Source of the DNA: a virus
UHGV virus genome: UHGV-1368191
DNA length: 64,000 bases
Direction: 5' to 3' (one strand)
Under the pieces are notes generated by a model. That model searched no databases. It was not told the DNA's origin and worked only from the letters and a program-made list of their open reading frames with translations. Below, in pieces: positions 27,443 to 37,075 of this stretch (positions within the stretch are counted from its first letter, which is position 1; every line of letters starts with the position of its first letter). The position numbers were made by a program, and so were the translations under genes.

Positions 27443-28339
27443 ATGCAAAAAGACTTAGTCTTCTTTAAGAAGGAAGGTGAAGAAGGAGTAGCTCTCACTT
27501 CAACAAGTGCCAACCACATCGCTAACTTGGCTAAGGAGTATATTCAAGGCACAGAAACATATCTGAATAGTATATGCTTTCTCAATATTGAGGTAGCATT
27601 AGTAGGTAGTACTAGTGCAAATACCATTCAGACAGGAGAAACATCTGAGGTTCTAGAAGACCTACAATCAGTACTTGGGAAGGTAGCACAGGCTAAATCT
27701 CTTATAGCTTGGTTAAGAGAAGGTATTAAAGCTAAGGAAAACCTGATTCAGGGCTTGCAGACTATCAGCCTTGGGGATTGGTGTAAGGAGAATGGAATAG
27801 TTGAGCCTGAATCTCCTGACTATGGTCATATATTGACTGAGGAAGAGTATTATGCTTCTCTCCCTATTAAGGAGAGAAGCAGATACTATCAGTTAGAGAC
27901 TGAGGCTGCTGTATTGGGCAAGTATATCCATCCTGATGGACACTTGGCTCTTGCAAGAAAGGAGTTAAAGGACAAGATTTATCATCCTCATAAAGTGGAT
28001 GGTGAAGGCAGGGATGCCCTTATCTATACCTATACTCCTACTACAAGTGTAGCTTTAGTAGACAATGTATTCTATGAGCTTCAAAAGAAGCACAGAGAAG
28101 TACAGGCTCAACTGAATTCTATGAAGCACAACTGTGAACAAGCCATTAATGAGTCCACTAATGAGGTGAACACAGAGTATACTATTACTTCACAGAAGTA
28201 TGAGGCTGAACTTGGAAATGTGCTAGGAGCCTTCAAGAGATGGAAAGATGAAAAGGCACAGGAGTACAGCAAACTGAAAATCACTGTGCCTAATTCTCTG
28301 ATGGGTATCTACAATACCATAAACTCTTTGGGTAGGTAA
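27443..28339 (+). CDS. hypothetical protein (298 aa)
   Basis: ORF track. Followed by a GC hairpin ggggtgttcacccc. Confidence 0.55.
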   Translation: MQKDLVFFKKEGEEGVALTSTSANHIANLAKEYIQGTETYLNSICFLNIEVALVGSTSANTIQTGETSEVLEDLQSVLGKVAQAKSLIAWLREGIKAKENLIQGLQTISLGDWCKENGIVEPESPDYGHILTEEEYYASLPIKERSRYYQLETEAAVLGKYIHPDGHLALARKELKDKIYHPHKVDGEGRDALIYTYTPTTSVALVDNVFYELQKKHREVQAQLNSMKHNCEQAINESTNEVNTEYTITSQKYEAELGNVLGAFKRWKDEKAQEYSKLKITVPNSLMGIYNTINSLGR

Positions 28340-28590
28340 ATGCAGGTCCTGGGGTGTTCACCCCAAACTGCGTTGAATACACATAGTGGATACTATAATA
28401 ATATTAATGAATCATATCGGCTTAAAGTAATTGGGTAATACTTCGCTATTACCTATGACTACCATTTCAATTAATATGCCCTATGAAGCTTGATTGCTGA
28501 GGGTTGCTTTTGCTCTTGATGAGATGGTAGGTTCTTGCTTTTGATATAGTCATTGATATAGTTGGTATCTGCTATGTGTAACTTACCTTT

Positions 28591-28660
28591 GTATCTTGGT
28601 GTAATTGGTAGCACACTGGCTGTTGGGCTAGAGGTTAGGTTCGAGTCCTAAGATACACCA
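28591..28660 (+). tRNA. tRNA-like gene with an encoded CCA. Anticodon probably UUG (Gln), but the anticodon arm is one nt short.
   Basis: Acceptor GTATCTT/AAGATAC plus A plus CCA, D-arm TGTA-ATTGGTAG-CACA, T-arm TTAGG-TTCGAGT-CCTAA. Anticodon arm CTGGC-TGTTGG-GCTAG has a 6-nt loop. Confidence 0.5.
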
Positions 28661-28690
28661 TATTTATTGTTTCATTTCTAAAAAGAAAAG

Positions 28691-29056
28691 ATGGAAAAGA
28701 ATGAAGAAAAAGTTCTGGAGAGAAATCTGGAACAAAAGGCATTTGAAAATGTCGCAGAAGCCATTAAAGGTGGCAAAGAGAGTGGTAGTTTGACCAATGT
28801 TGAACTTGTTGAAAACTTGGTGGAAAGCTACAAGGGTAAGACAGTGCAAGCACCTTTTGAGGTGATTATAACAAGTTCAGTATTCTTCAAAGCAAAAGAG
28901 TTGATAGGTGTTATTGAAGCCTTGAAGAATACTCTTCATGCTAAAATAGTAGAGGAACTGAAAGAAGAAGCAGATAAGGGGAAAGCTGCAGTGAAAAATG
29001 CAATAGGTGCCCTTATACTTAATGAAATTATGAAGAATAGATCTGAAGAAGATTAA
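28691..29056 (+). CDS. hypothetical protein (121 aa)
   Basis: ORF track. Confidence 0.5.
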   Translation: MEKNEEKVLERNLEQKAFENVAEAIKGGKESGSLTNVELVENLVESYKGKTVQAPFEVIITSSVFFKAKELIGVIEALKNTLHAKIVEELKEEADKGKAAVKNAIGALILNEIMKNRSEED

Positions 29057-29061
29057 TAAAA

Positions 29062-29496
29062 ATGAACAACGAAATTAAAGTAAGTCTGACTATTTCACTT
29101 CAAGGAGGTGTGATGGCCAGCAAGGAAGAGTGCCTTAAAACAACTCAAAAAACTATTGAAAAGAAAACCAAGAAGGGTAAGGTGTACAAGAAAACCATTG
29201 ATGTCCAGGTTGAAGATTGGAGCATGATGAACAAAAACACCTTAAAGGTGGCTGATAAAGGGGGCAAAAACCCTGAGGTTATTACTTTCTATACAAGAAA
29301 GACTTGGCCTGTTACTCAATCCATGAACATCTATAAGGAGGCCTATAATTATATGGTCTCCAAGGAATGCCCAGCATGGGAAAAGCCATTTAAGTGGGCA
29401 CAGATGAACACTGAACAAAGACTTAAATCCCACTTACAGAGAATCGCTGAAAGTCTTAATGGAACTCTGATGTCCTATAAGGTATTTGATGACTGA
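29062..29496 (+). CDS. hypothetical protein (144 aa)
   Basis: ORF track. Confidence 0.5.
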   Translation: MNNEIKVSLTISLQGGVMASKEECLKTTQKTIEKKTKKGKVYKKTIDVQVEDWSMMNKNTLKVADKGGKNPEVITFYTRKTWPVTQSMNIYKEAYNYMVSKECPAWEKPFKWAQMNTEQRLKSHLQRIAESLNGTLMSYKVFDD

Positions 29497-29714
29497 TTAG
29501 CACTACTATAAATATATAAATATATAAATATGAGATTCTTCTTGATATTAATGATTTTATTAAGTGTGATAGCACTTATAAAATCTTTTATTAGGTATGA
29601 CCCAAAGATTGATTTAGTGAAAAATAACAATAAATATACTATCCTTCTTTGGTATAATAGCTATACCTGTGATAATGAGTTTGCTGAAAGAAAGTTTATT
29701 AAACTAATTGAGAT

Positions 29715-30854
29715 ATGACTAGAGAAGAAGTAGATAAACTTGCCCTGTCCACAATAGATAAGACAAAGTATTTAATACTGGAGCTAATCACGGGTTTTGG
29801 TAAATCAAAAATTGCCATAGATCTAATAAACCATATCTGTGATAGAGTATTCAAGAAGGAGGAGTCTCCCACATCTGTTCTTATATTAGTGGCTAAAACT
29901 GTACATAAGCAAACTTGGAGAGATGAGATAAAGAAATGGGGAGGTCTTAATACTGATGATGTTACTTTTGAGTGCTATGAATCATTAAGGAAACATGAGG
30001 GAGAGTACTTTGATGTAGTGGTAGCTGATGAAATGCAACATTTGAGTGAAAGAAGGCTGGAAATCCTCAAGAGCATTCATATAAATGAGGCTTTCATAGG
30101 ATTATCAGCTACCATAAAGAGAGACATGAAGTATATGTTTACTTATGATTTTGGGGCTAAGGTAATAAGTTGTGGACTAAAGGAGGCTGTTGAAGATGAG
30201 ATACTCCCAGAACCTAAGGTGTATCTTCTTCCATTGAAGCTTGACTGCAAGGACTATTCTTATAAGGTAAAAAAGTTCAATAGAACTATAAAAACTACTC
30301 AACAAGGATACTATAACACTATCTCCTCCTTAATAGAATGGTATAAGAACAGATACTATGGGTCAAGAAATGAAAGAATGAAAAACCTTTGGTTATCCAC
30401 AGCTGGAAAGAGACTCAAATGGCTATCTGAGCAAAAAGAAACTGTAGTAATGAATATACTAAGTAAATTCAATAACTACAGGACTCTTACCTTCTGTAGT
30501 GGTATAGGGCAATCTGAGAGGTTAGGAAAATATAATATAACCTCAAAGAACAAGAAATCATTGGAGTATCTTGATATGTTCAATAACAATAAAATCAAGC
30601 ACATCACAGCCTGCTCTATCCTTAATGAAGGAGTCAATCTATATAATTGCAGGATAGGAATATTCTGTAATTTGAACAGCTCTGAGATAATAACAAAACA
30701 AAGGACTGGAAGACTGCTTAGACATAAATCTCCAGTTATAATACTTCCTTATTTCAAAAATACCAGGGAAGAGGAACTGGTGGAAAAGATGACTGAGGAA
30801 TACTCTAGGGAATCATTAATAACCATTAATAATATAAATGACATAAAGTTATGA
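29715..30854 (+). CDS. superfamily-2 helicase (DEAD/DEAH-box-like)
   Basis: Walker A ITGFGKSKIA, motif II VVVADEMQH, motif VI KQRTGRLLR. Confidence 0.7.
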   Translation: MTREEVDKLALSTIDKTKYLILELITGFGKSKIAIDLINHICDRVFKKEESPTSVLILVAKTVHKQTWRDEIKKWGGLNTDDVTFECYESLRKHEGEYFDVVVADEMQHLSERRLEILKSIHINEAFIGLSATIKRDMKYMFTYDFGAKVISCGLKEAVEDEILPEPKVYLLPLKLDCKDYSYKVKKFNRTIKTTQQGYYNTISSLIEWYKNRYYGSRNERMKNLWLSTAGKRLKWLSEQKETVVMNILSKFNNYRTLTFCSGIGQSERLGKYNITSKNKKSLEYLDMFNNNKIKHITACSILNEGVNLYNCRIGIFCNLNSSEIITKQRTGRLLRHKSPVIILPYFKNTREEELVEKMTEEYSRESLITINNINDIKL

Positions 30855-31279
30855 AGAATAGAATTACAATCCTTAAGGAAAAGTACATTATTAACAAGGA
30901 AAAGAGAACCATAGTGTGCATTCTTCGGTGTGAAGTATCCCCTGAAAGATTGCATAACTATGAATACATTTATCCTTTGTTCAGGGAAGTCAATAGCAAA
31001 TTTCCCTTTATGGAAGGTTACCAATTTACTGTTGTAGGTAAGTCAAAATGCCTTGATTCAGATGAATTTGATGAGACTCTGGGAAAGAGGATAGCTGAGA
31101 GTAGAGCCAAGATAAAGATGTTTAAGACAGGGCATATGCTATGGAAGAGATATTGGCATACATTATCCCTCTTAGTTTCTGGATGCATAAAGAAAGCTGT
31201 AGCATGTAGAGATGAACATAGGGTTGAATGTAACCATTTAAAGACCTTATTGGAAAATGAAACTAATAATAGACACTGA
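30851..31279 (+). CDS. hypothetical protein (142 aa)
   Basis: ORF track. ATGA overlap with the helicase gene. Confidence 0.45.
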   Translation: MKNRITILKEKYIINKEKRTIVCILRCEVSPERLHNYEYIYPLFREVNSKFPFMEGYQFTVVGKSKCLDSDEFDETLGKRIAESRAKIKMFKTGHMLWKRYWHTLSLLVSGCIKKAVACRDEHRVECNHLKTLLENETNNRH

Positions 31280-31850
31280 TAAAATAGATGAGAAGCTGGG
31301 AATAGATGGATTCTTTTACTTAACCTCATTGGCTCTTGAATGCCCAATAACAGTAGATACTGTGAAGAAACTGAATTCTATGGGAGTGATTTTTACAAGG
31401 AGCTTTAAGGAGGGTCTACCTTATGATGTCACTACTACAAAATCTTCCAGTGAATACATAGAGGAGGCTTATGCTGACATGGAAATCACTGGAAAAGAGA
31501 ATGATGATAGGTATACAGCCCTGGCAAATAAATTAAGGGAATTATATCCTACTGGCAGAAAGAGTGGCACTCAGCTTCAATGGAGAGATAGCACAGCTGT
31601 TATAGCCAAGAGACTTAAGGCCTTTACCAAGAGATTTGGGGTAGACTATACAGATGATGAGTATATAGAGGCTACTAAGAGATACATTGCCACTTTCAAT
31701 GGTAATTATCAGTATATGCAGGTGCTGAAGTACTTTATAATGAAATCTGGAGTTGAGGATGGTATGACTACTACAAATAGTCAATTACTATCCTATTTAC
31801 AGAATGAAGATACAGAGGCTGATAAAGACTGGGTAACTCAACTTAGATAA
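31257..31850 (+). CDS. hypothetical protein (197 aa)
   Basis: ORF track. Confidence 0.45.
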   Translation: MKLIIDTDKIDEKLGIDGFFYLTSLALECPITVDTVKKLNSMGVIFTRSFKEGLPYDVTTTKSSSEYIEEAYADMEITGKENDDRYTALANKLRELYPTGRKSGTQLQWRDSTAVIAKRLKAFTKRFGVDYTDDEYIEATKRYIATFNGNYQYMQVLKYFIMKSGVEDGMTTTNSQLLSYLQNEDTEADKDWVTQLR

Positions 31851-31851
31851 T

Positions 31852-33060
31852 ATGACCTTAAGAGATAGAGTACTTGAAAATCTGAGAACAAGGAGACAAC
31901 GGATTCTTGATGGACAATTGAATTGTATACCTTCTCCTTTTAAGAGGTTTAATAATGACTTTGTTGGGATAGAACAATCATGTTACTATGCAATCACTTC
32001 ATTCACCAAAGGTGGAAAGTCACAATTTACTTCATATACCTTTATATATAAACCACTGATGTTCTGTTACTATACCAAGGCAGATGTAGGTCTTAAGATA
32101 ATTTACTTTCCTCTTGAGGAAACTCCAGAGAGAATTATGCAAAGATTTATATCATGGTTATTGTGGGATTTCAGTAAGGGAGAAATAAGAATAAGCCCTA
32201 AGGATTTAAGAAGTACTACTAAAGCTGTCTCACAAGAAATACTGGACATTATAGCCTCTGATGAAATACAGGATATAATACAGTATTTTGAGGAACACAT
32301 TGTATTCCCTGATGAATCAGCTAATCCTACAGGAATAAAAAAATTCTGTGAGAAGTATGCTGAAGAACATGGAACTATCCACTATAAGAGGGGGAAATAC
32401 AGGGATACTGATGGTATAGTGAAAGAGAGAGATGTCTTTGATTGGTATGAGCAAGATAACTTAAATGAGTATAGATTAGTAATAATAGATACCATAAATC
32501 TTGTAGATACTGAGAGAGGAATGACTCTTAAACAGGCTATGGATAAACTTAGTGAGTATTGTGCTAAATATCTGAGAAATAGGTATCATTATTCACCTGT
32601 AATAATTCAGCAACAAGCTTTTGAAGCAGAAGGAAATGACGCTTTTAAACTAGGAAGGATAAGACCTTCTGTAGCTGGGTTAGGTGATAGTAAGTATATC
32701 AGTAGAGACGCTAATATTGTACTGGGACTATTCTCTCCATTTAGATTTGGTATAAAAGAGTATGAAGGCTACGATATTTCTAAGTTTAGGGATAATATAA
32801 GATTCCTGGAAGTCTGTGTAAATAGAGATGGTGAAATGGGTGGATTATGTCCTCTTTTCTTTGATGGGGCAGTATGTCAATTCAGTGAACTTCCTAAGCC
32901 TAATGATACACAGGAAATAAAGAAAATATATAAATATCTTGATAAACTCAGGAATAATAGTACAATTTCTCTCTTTATGCAAGGCACAAAAACAAAAATA
33001 GTTAAAAACTTGCACAATAGAGGATTATTTAGTAAGTTTGCAAACCTTTTCAATCACTAA
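31852..33060 (+). CDS. RecA-fold ATPase, DnaB-like replicative helicase C-terminal-domain type
   Basis: P-loop-like SFTKGGKSQF, Walker B-like RLVIIDTINLVD, Q motif VIIQQQAFEAEG, RDANIVLGLFSP. Confidence 0.5.
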   Translation: MTLRDRVLENLRTRRQRILDGQLNCIPSPFKRFNNDFVGIEQSCYYAITSFTKGGKSQFTSYTFIYKPLMFCYYTKADVGLKIIYFPLEETPERIMQRFISWLLWDFSKGEIRISPKDLRSTTKAVSQEILDIIASDEIQDIIQYFEEHIVFPDESANPTGIKKFCEKYAEEHGTIHYKRGKYRDTDGIVKERDVFDWYEQDNLNEYRLVIIDTINLVDTERGMTLKQAMDKLSEYCAKYLRNRYHYSPVIIQQQAFEAEGNDAFKLGRIRPSVAGLGDSKYISRDANIVLGLFSPFRFGIKEYEGYDISKFRDNIRFLEVCVNRDGEMGGLCPLFFDGAVCQFSELPKPNDTQEIKKIYKYLDKLRNNSTISLFMQGTKTKIVKNLHNRGLFSKFANLFNH

Positions 33061-33331
33061 TATGGAAAAAGACAGAAGAAAACATATAATATGTCCCTGC
33101 TGTGGAGAGTTCTTTGATGAGACTGAAGCTAAGGTAGCTAAAACAGAACACAGAACAGATGATAGTTGGAAATATTGTCCACACTGTAATATAGCAATCC
33201 ACACTCCTCAAGCCCAAGCCATAGGGGACTACATGGATACTGTAGAGAGCTATATAAGACTTCTTAAGGAGAATAAGTATATAGAATGTGTAAAATATAT
33301 ATGTAATTTAACTGAAAACAAGAAAGAGTAA
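33038..33331 (+). CDS. zinc-ribbon protein (97 aa)
   Basis: CPCCGEF...CPHCN cysteine pairs. Confidence 0.45.
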   Translation: MQTFSITNMEKDRRKHIICPCCGEFFDETEAKVAKTEHRTDDSWKYCPHCNIAIHTPQAQAIGDYMDTVESYIRLLKENKYIECVKYICNLTENKKE

Positions 33332-34032
33332 TGGCAAAAATTGTAGCTATTTTAGGCTCATCAGGTGATGGTAAAACTACTTCTACCATAATAAATCCTG
33401 ATGGGAGTTTTGACCTTGATAACTATCAGGGTATGGACCCAAAGTCTCATTTTATTCTTAATCTGGATAGGAAATCATTGCCCTTTCCAGCTGGAATGTG
33501 GGGACAGGAGTATAAAAACTATTTTGAGCCTAAGGACTTTGCGGAGATTAAAAACATGATAGAATGGTGTGCTAAGCAACCCAATATAAAATCAGTTGCC
33601 ATAGATACCATTAATATCTATCTTGCCATGAAGGAATTCAATGACAGGAAGAAAATGACCTATGACCAATGGAAGGATGTAGCCAATGATGTAATAGAGC
33701 TTAATATGCTCTGTAATACTGTATTGAGAAATGACCAAATAGTCTATATCATGGGTCATACTATGCTTCAAACCCAGGCTGATGGAAGTGAAAAACTTGT
33801 CTTTAGTGTAATTGGAAAGAAATTGACCAAAACACAGCCAGAGGGCTTCTATCCTATGGTATTAATGACTAGAGTTGAGTATGGAGATGATGGAGAAAAT
33901 CAGTATTATTTCCAGACCAAAGCTAATCATTCATCAGCTAAAACTCCTTTAGGTATGTTTAGCAAATTTGAGATTCCAAATAGTCTTAAACTTGTGGATA
34001 CCACTATAAGGAACTATTATAAAATGGATTAA
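33331..34032 (+). CDS. P-loop ATPase of the AAA_24/Sak4-like type, involved in recombination or replication
   Basis: N-terminal Walker A KIVAILGSSGDGKTTS and Walker B VAIDTINIY, at the typical size of about 230 aa. Confidence 0.6.
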   Translation: MAKIVAILGSSGDGKTTSTIINPDGSFDLDNYQGMDPKSHFILNLDRKSLPFPAGMWGQEYKNYFEPKDFAEIKNMIEWCAKQPNIKSVAIDTINIYLAMKEFNDRKKMTYDQWKDVANDVIELNMLCNTVLRNDQIVYIMGHTMLQTQADGSEKLVFSVIGKKLTKTQPEGFYPMVLMTRVEYGDDGENQYYFQTKANHSSAKTPLGMFSKFEIPNSLKLVDTTIRNYYKMD

Positions 34033-34078
34033 CAGATTAACAGATTAATGTATTGTTTCACTTAAATCAACAAAAAAA

Positions 34079-34420
34079 ATGGAATTAGGTAAATTTGAAA
34101 TTGCTATTTGCAAGAGAACAGCACAGAATGTAAAAAGGTTCAGAGTCAAGAAGAACAAGCTCATGGTAAAGATAGCTGAGCTTAACACTGAGGTAGAGAA
34201 ACTTGACCAAATCATTGAGACCTTTGAAAAACCAGTAATGGAACTTACTGGGGGTTTGACTTCTGAAGAAGTATTGAAGAATCTTGAGTCTCCTGAAGAA
34301 ACCACTGAAGACCAGGTACCTCTTGAAAATGAAATTGAAGATCAGGTACCCCTTGGAAGTGAAACTGTGAATGAGGAGGAAGAGAATAATATAGGGAAAA
34401 TGGAAAATCCCTTTGCGTAA
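34079..34420 (+). CDS. acidic coiled-coil protein with an internal EDQVPL(E/G) repeat
   Basis: EDQVPLENEIEDQVPLGSE. Confidence 0.4.
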   Translation: MELGKFEIAICKRTAQNVKRFRVKKNKLMVKIAELNTEVEKLDQIIETFEKPVMELTGGLTSEEVLKNLESPEETTEDQVPLENEIEDQVPLGSETVNEEEENNIGKMENPFA

Positions 34421-34443
34421 ATAAACTTTAAATTAACTAGATT

Positions 34444-35325
34444 ATGGCAATTAAAATAGGAAAGAAAGCTGAAGAGAGTTCTTTTACACTGTTTCAGGGT
34501 ATTGGAGCATTTCATATACTGAGTGTAAACCCAAATAAAAGCGCATTGAGCAAGCTCACTGGAAGAGAGATAGAAGAGGAGCCTAAATATAGTGGAACAA
34601 CTGAGGATGGTCATCCTTATGTAAGAATAGTGTTCTGGGGTAAATCTGATCCATCCTCAAAGGTAAATAATGGAATTGAGACCCTTATTTCCTTCAGTTT
34701 TATGCTCCAGGATACTCCTAGAGTAGGTAATAACTCTGGCAAGACCCAAGTTATTGACAAGTATGGAAGAACAGCTTGGGCTACTCCTGAAGAGCTTAAT
34801 AATAAAGAGATTCCTGTCTATAGCAATGGCAAGGCAGCTAATATATCCGCTGACTATAGGCCTGCTTATGTAGGAGAGGAAGAACTCATTAAGTTCATGA
34901 TAGCATGGCTTAATATCCCTAATCCTATGGATTATAATCGGGATACCAAGACTTGGAGTGACAAAGCTGATATGAGTGAGAGTGAAATCTCACTTAACAT
35001 GAAAGCTTTGTTAAAGGGAGATGTAAAGGAAATCTCCTCTATAACTCCAGCTGTAGCTCCTTATGCTGTTAAGGCATGCCTAGGGGTAAGAACCACTGAT
35101 GAAGGAAGACAATATCAGTCTTTCTACAATAGGATGTTCTTGAGGAATAGTGAGTCTAACTATGGCAGGATTGACGCTGACATCAAAGATGCACAATCTA
35201 GGGGAAGTTTCCCTAATGTGGAATTCAGCACAGCTCCTCTTCATGAATATTCCGTTGAGTCTACACAATTGGGGAGTAAACCTGAACCTGCTACAGATAA
35301 TCCATGGGATGCATGGGGTAAGTAA
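34444..35325 (+). CDS. hypothetical protein, possibly a single-strand DNA-binding or annealing protein by synteny next to the AAA_24 ATPase
   Basis: Call rests on position only. No motif recognised. Confidence 0.35.
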   Translation: MAIKIGKKAEESSFTLFQGIGAFHILSVNPNKSALSKLTGREIEEEPKYSGTTEDGHPYVRIVFWGKSDPSSKVNNGIETLISFSFMLQDTPRVGNNSGKTQVIDKYGRTAWATPEELNNKEIPVYSNGKAANISADYRPAYVGEEELIKFMIAWLNIPNPMDYNRDTKTWSDKADMSESEISLNMKALLKGDVKEISSITPAVAPYAVKACLGVRTTDEGRQYQSFYNRMFLRNSESNYGRIDADIKDAQSRGSFPNVEFSTAPLHEYSVESTQLGSKPEPATDNPWDAWGK

Positions 35326-36330
35326 TTGAATATTATTATGGCTATCAGCATTGGAAAACCCAGTATAATGGTGGATGATATATTATCAAAGGTAACAGAG
35401 ATTGATATACTATACCACTATTTTGGATGTATTAAGTTTGGCACACCCATAAATTCTCCATTAAGAGAAGACAGACATCCTTCTTTTGTTCTTTATATCA
35501 ATAAAGGAAGGGTTAGATTCAAGGATTTCTCAACTGGGGAAGGTGGGGGTCTATTTGATTTCCTAATGGCTTATTGGGGGGAGAGTTACAAATCCACTTT
35601 AGAGAGGATTTGGGAGGACTTACCCAATATTTCCAATGCTGAGGCCAACAATAGCATTACTAAAACCCATTATATCAGTAGAATAAATAAGTCCTCAAGA
35701 AGTACAATGGAATGCAGGATAAGAAGTTGGAAGGACTATGATTTAGAGTATTGGGAGAGCTATGGTATAACTCTTCCATGGCTTAAGTGGGCTGATGTAT
35801 ACCCTATATCACACAAGATTATCATAAAAGATGGCAAAAGGATGGTATTTAAGGCTGATAAATATGCTTATGCCTATATTGAAAGGAAAGAAGGCAATAT
35901 AACTCTTAAAATCTATCAACCTTTTAATAGGGATGGATTCAAGTGGTGCAATAAGCATGATAAATCAGTTGTAAGTCTTTGGACTAGAATACCAGAATAT
36001 GGTGACAGGGTGTGTATATGTTCTTCACTTAAGGATGCTCTCTGTCTTAGTTGTAATACAGGAATTCCAGCATTAGCTGTACAAGGTGAGGGCTATGGTA
36101 TGTCTGATACAGCCATAAATGAGTTAAAAAGAAGATTTAAGAGGCAATATGTTCTGTTTGACAATGATAAACCAGGAATAGAGGATGGAATAAAGCTTAG
36201 TCAAAGAACAGGATTTACCAATATTATATTACCCTCATTTGATGGAGGCAAGGATATATCAGACTACTTTAAGGTTTTAGGTAATAAAGAATTATTCAGG
36301 AATAAGATATTAACTTTATTTGAGGAATAA
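35326..36330 (+). CDS. DNA primase (DnaG/T7-type, Toprim)
   Basis: CHC2-finger-like region PLREDRHPSFVLY...FKDFSTGEGGGLFDFLM in a Cys-less variant. Toprim DxD motif YVLFDNDKPGIEDG. Confidence 0.65.
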   Translation: MNIIMAISIGKPSIMVDDILSKVTEIDILYHYFGCIKFGTPINSPLREDRHPSFVLYINKGRVRFKDFSTGEGGGLFDFLMAYWGESYKSTLERIWEDLPNISNAEANNSITKTHYISRINKSSRSTMECRIRSWKDYDLEYWESYGITLPWLKWADVYPISHKIIIKDGKRMVFKADKYAYAYIERKEGNITLKIYQPFNRDGFKWCNKHDKSVVSLWTRIPEYGDRVCICSSLKDALCLSCNTGIPALAVQGEGYGMSDTAINELKRRFKRQYVLFDNDKPGIEDGIKLSQRTGFTNIILPSFDGGKDISDYFKVLGNKELFRNKILTLFEE

Positions 36331-37024
36331 GATTGATTCAGGGAACATAATATTAACACTTAAATTTGGTTTAGTTATGGAATCAAGAACTATTAAAATC
36401 ATCAACAACAGAACACAGAGTCAAACAACTCTCTATACTTCAGCAGCCACTCTGGGAGAATTGAAAAATGAACTGGATAGTCGGGGTATAGACTATGATG
36501 GACTGGATTTCTATTGTGGGGAAATGAGAGCTGAATTGAAGGAGGATTCAGCACCTCTCCCTGAGAAGGTAATGTGGAAAGGAGAAGAGAAGAACTCCCT
36601 GACCTTCTTGCTTACCCCAACAAAGAAAATATCATCAGGTTCTAGGCGGGATATCTATGCCACTATCAAGAAATACAATCTGCAAGAAGTGGTAAAGGCC
36701 AAAACTGGAGCCAATTATACTCAAGTTTCAAATGATACCCTTGAGAAGATAATAAAAGACCATGTAAAAGATTCCTCTAAGGGTAATGAGGACTCCTCTA
36801 AGGGTAATGAAGGTTCCACCACTTGTCACACCAAAACTATAGAGGAGAGAGTCAAGAACCTGGAAGAGGCTTTTCTTAAATTGGTTGTAGCTCTCTATGA
36901 TATGGATTTTCTTGACAGGGATATTTACTGTGAACTGGTTGAATGTATTGAGGACAGTGACCCTGAGGATGACTTCTTAAGTCAGAGTGAGATAGATGAG
37001 ATGTTTGGTAGCTGGGCTAAATAG
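36320..37024 (+). CDS. ubiquitin-like beta-grasp domain protein with a C-terminal extension. The true start may be the Met at 36378.
   Basis: RTIKIINNRTQSQTTLYTSAATLGELKNELDSRGIDYDGLDFYCGEMRAELKEDSAPLPEKVMWKGEEKNSLTFLLTPTKKISSG follows the ubiquitin beta-beta-alpha-beta-beta pattern. Compare ubiquitin [36 protein letters not shown]...STLHLVL. Then a DSSKGNE tandem repeat and an acidic tail. Confidence 0.5.
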   Translation: MRNKIDSGNIILTLKFGLVMESRTIKIINNRTQSQTTLYTSAATLGELKNELDSRGIDYDGLDFYCGEMRAELKEDSAPLPEKVMWKGEEKNSLTFLLTPTKKISSGSRRDIYATIKKYNLQEVVKAKTGANYTQVSNDTLEKIIKDHVKDSSKGNEDSSKGNEGSTTCHTKTIEERVKNLEEAFLKLVVALYDMDFLDRDIYCELVECIEDSDPEDDFLSQSEIDEMFGSWAK

Positions 37025-37075
37025 AATGAATGTATAGGTAGGACTTACGTCCTACCTATTTTTTTTTAATATTAC

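Noticed and set aside
28349-28372. GC hairpin ggggtgttcacccc after ORF 27443-28339 as a terminator
   Set aside because: No downstream U-run on either strand. It may be an RNA structural element but is not a convincing intrinsic terminator.
33331-34032. Considered calling the AAA_24 ATPase a small terminase or DnaA
   Set aside because: N-terminal P-loop, size and replication context fit a Sak4/AAA_24-type protein better. Terminase genes are on the other strand at 13-17 kb.
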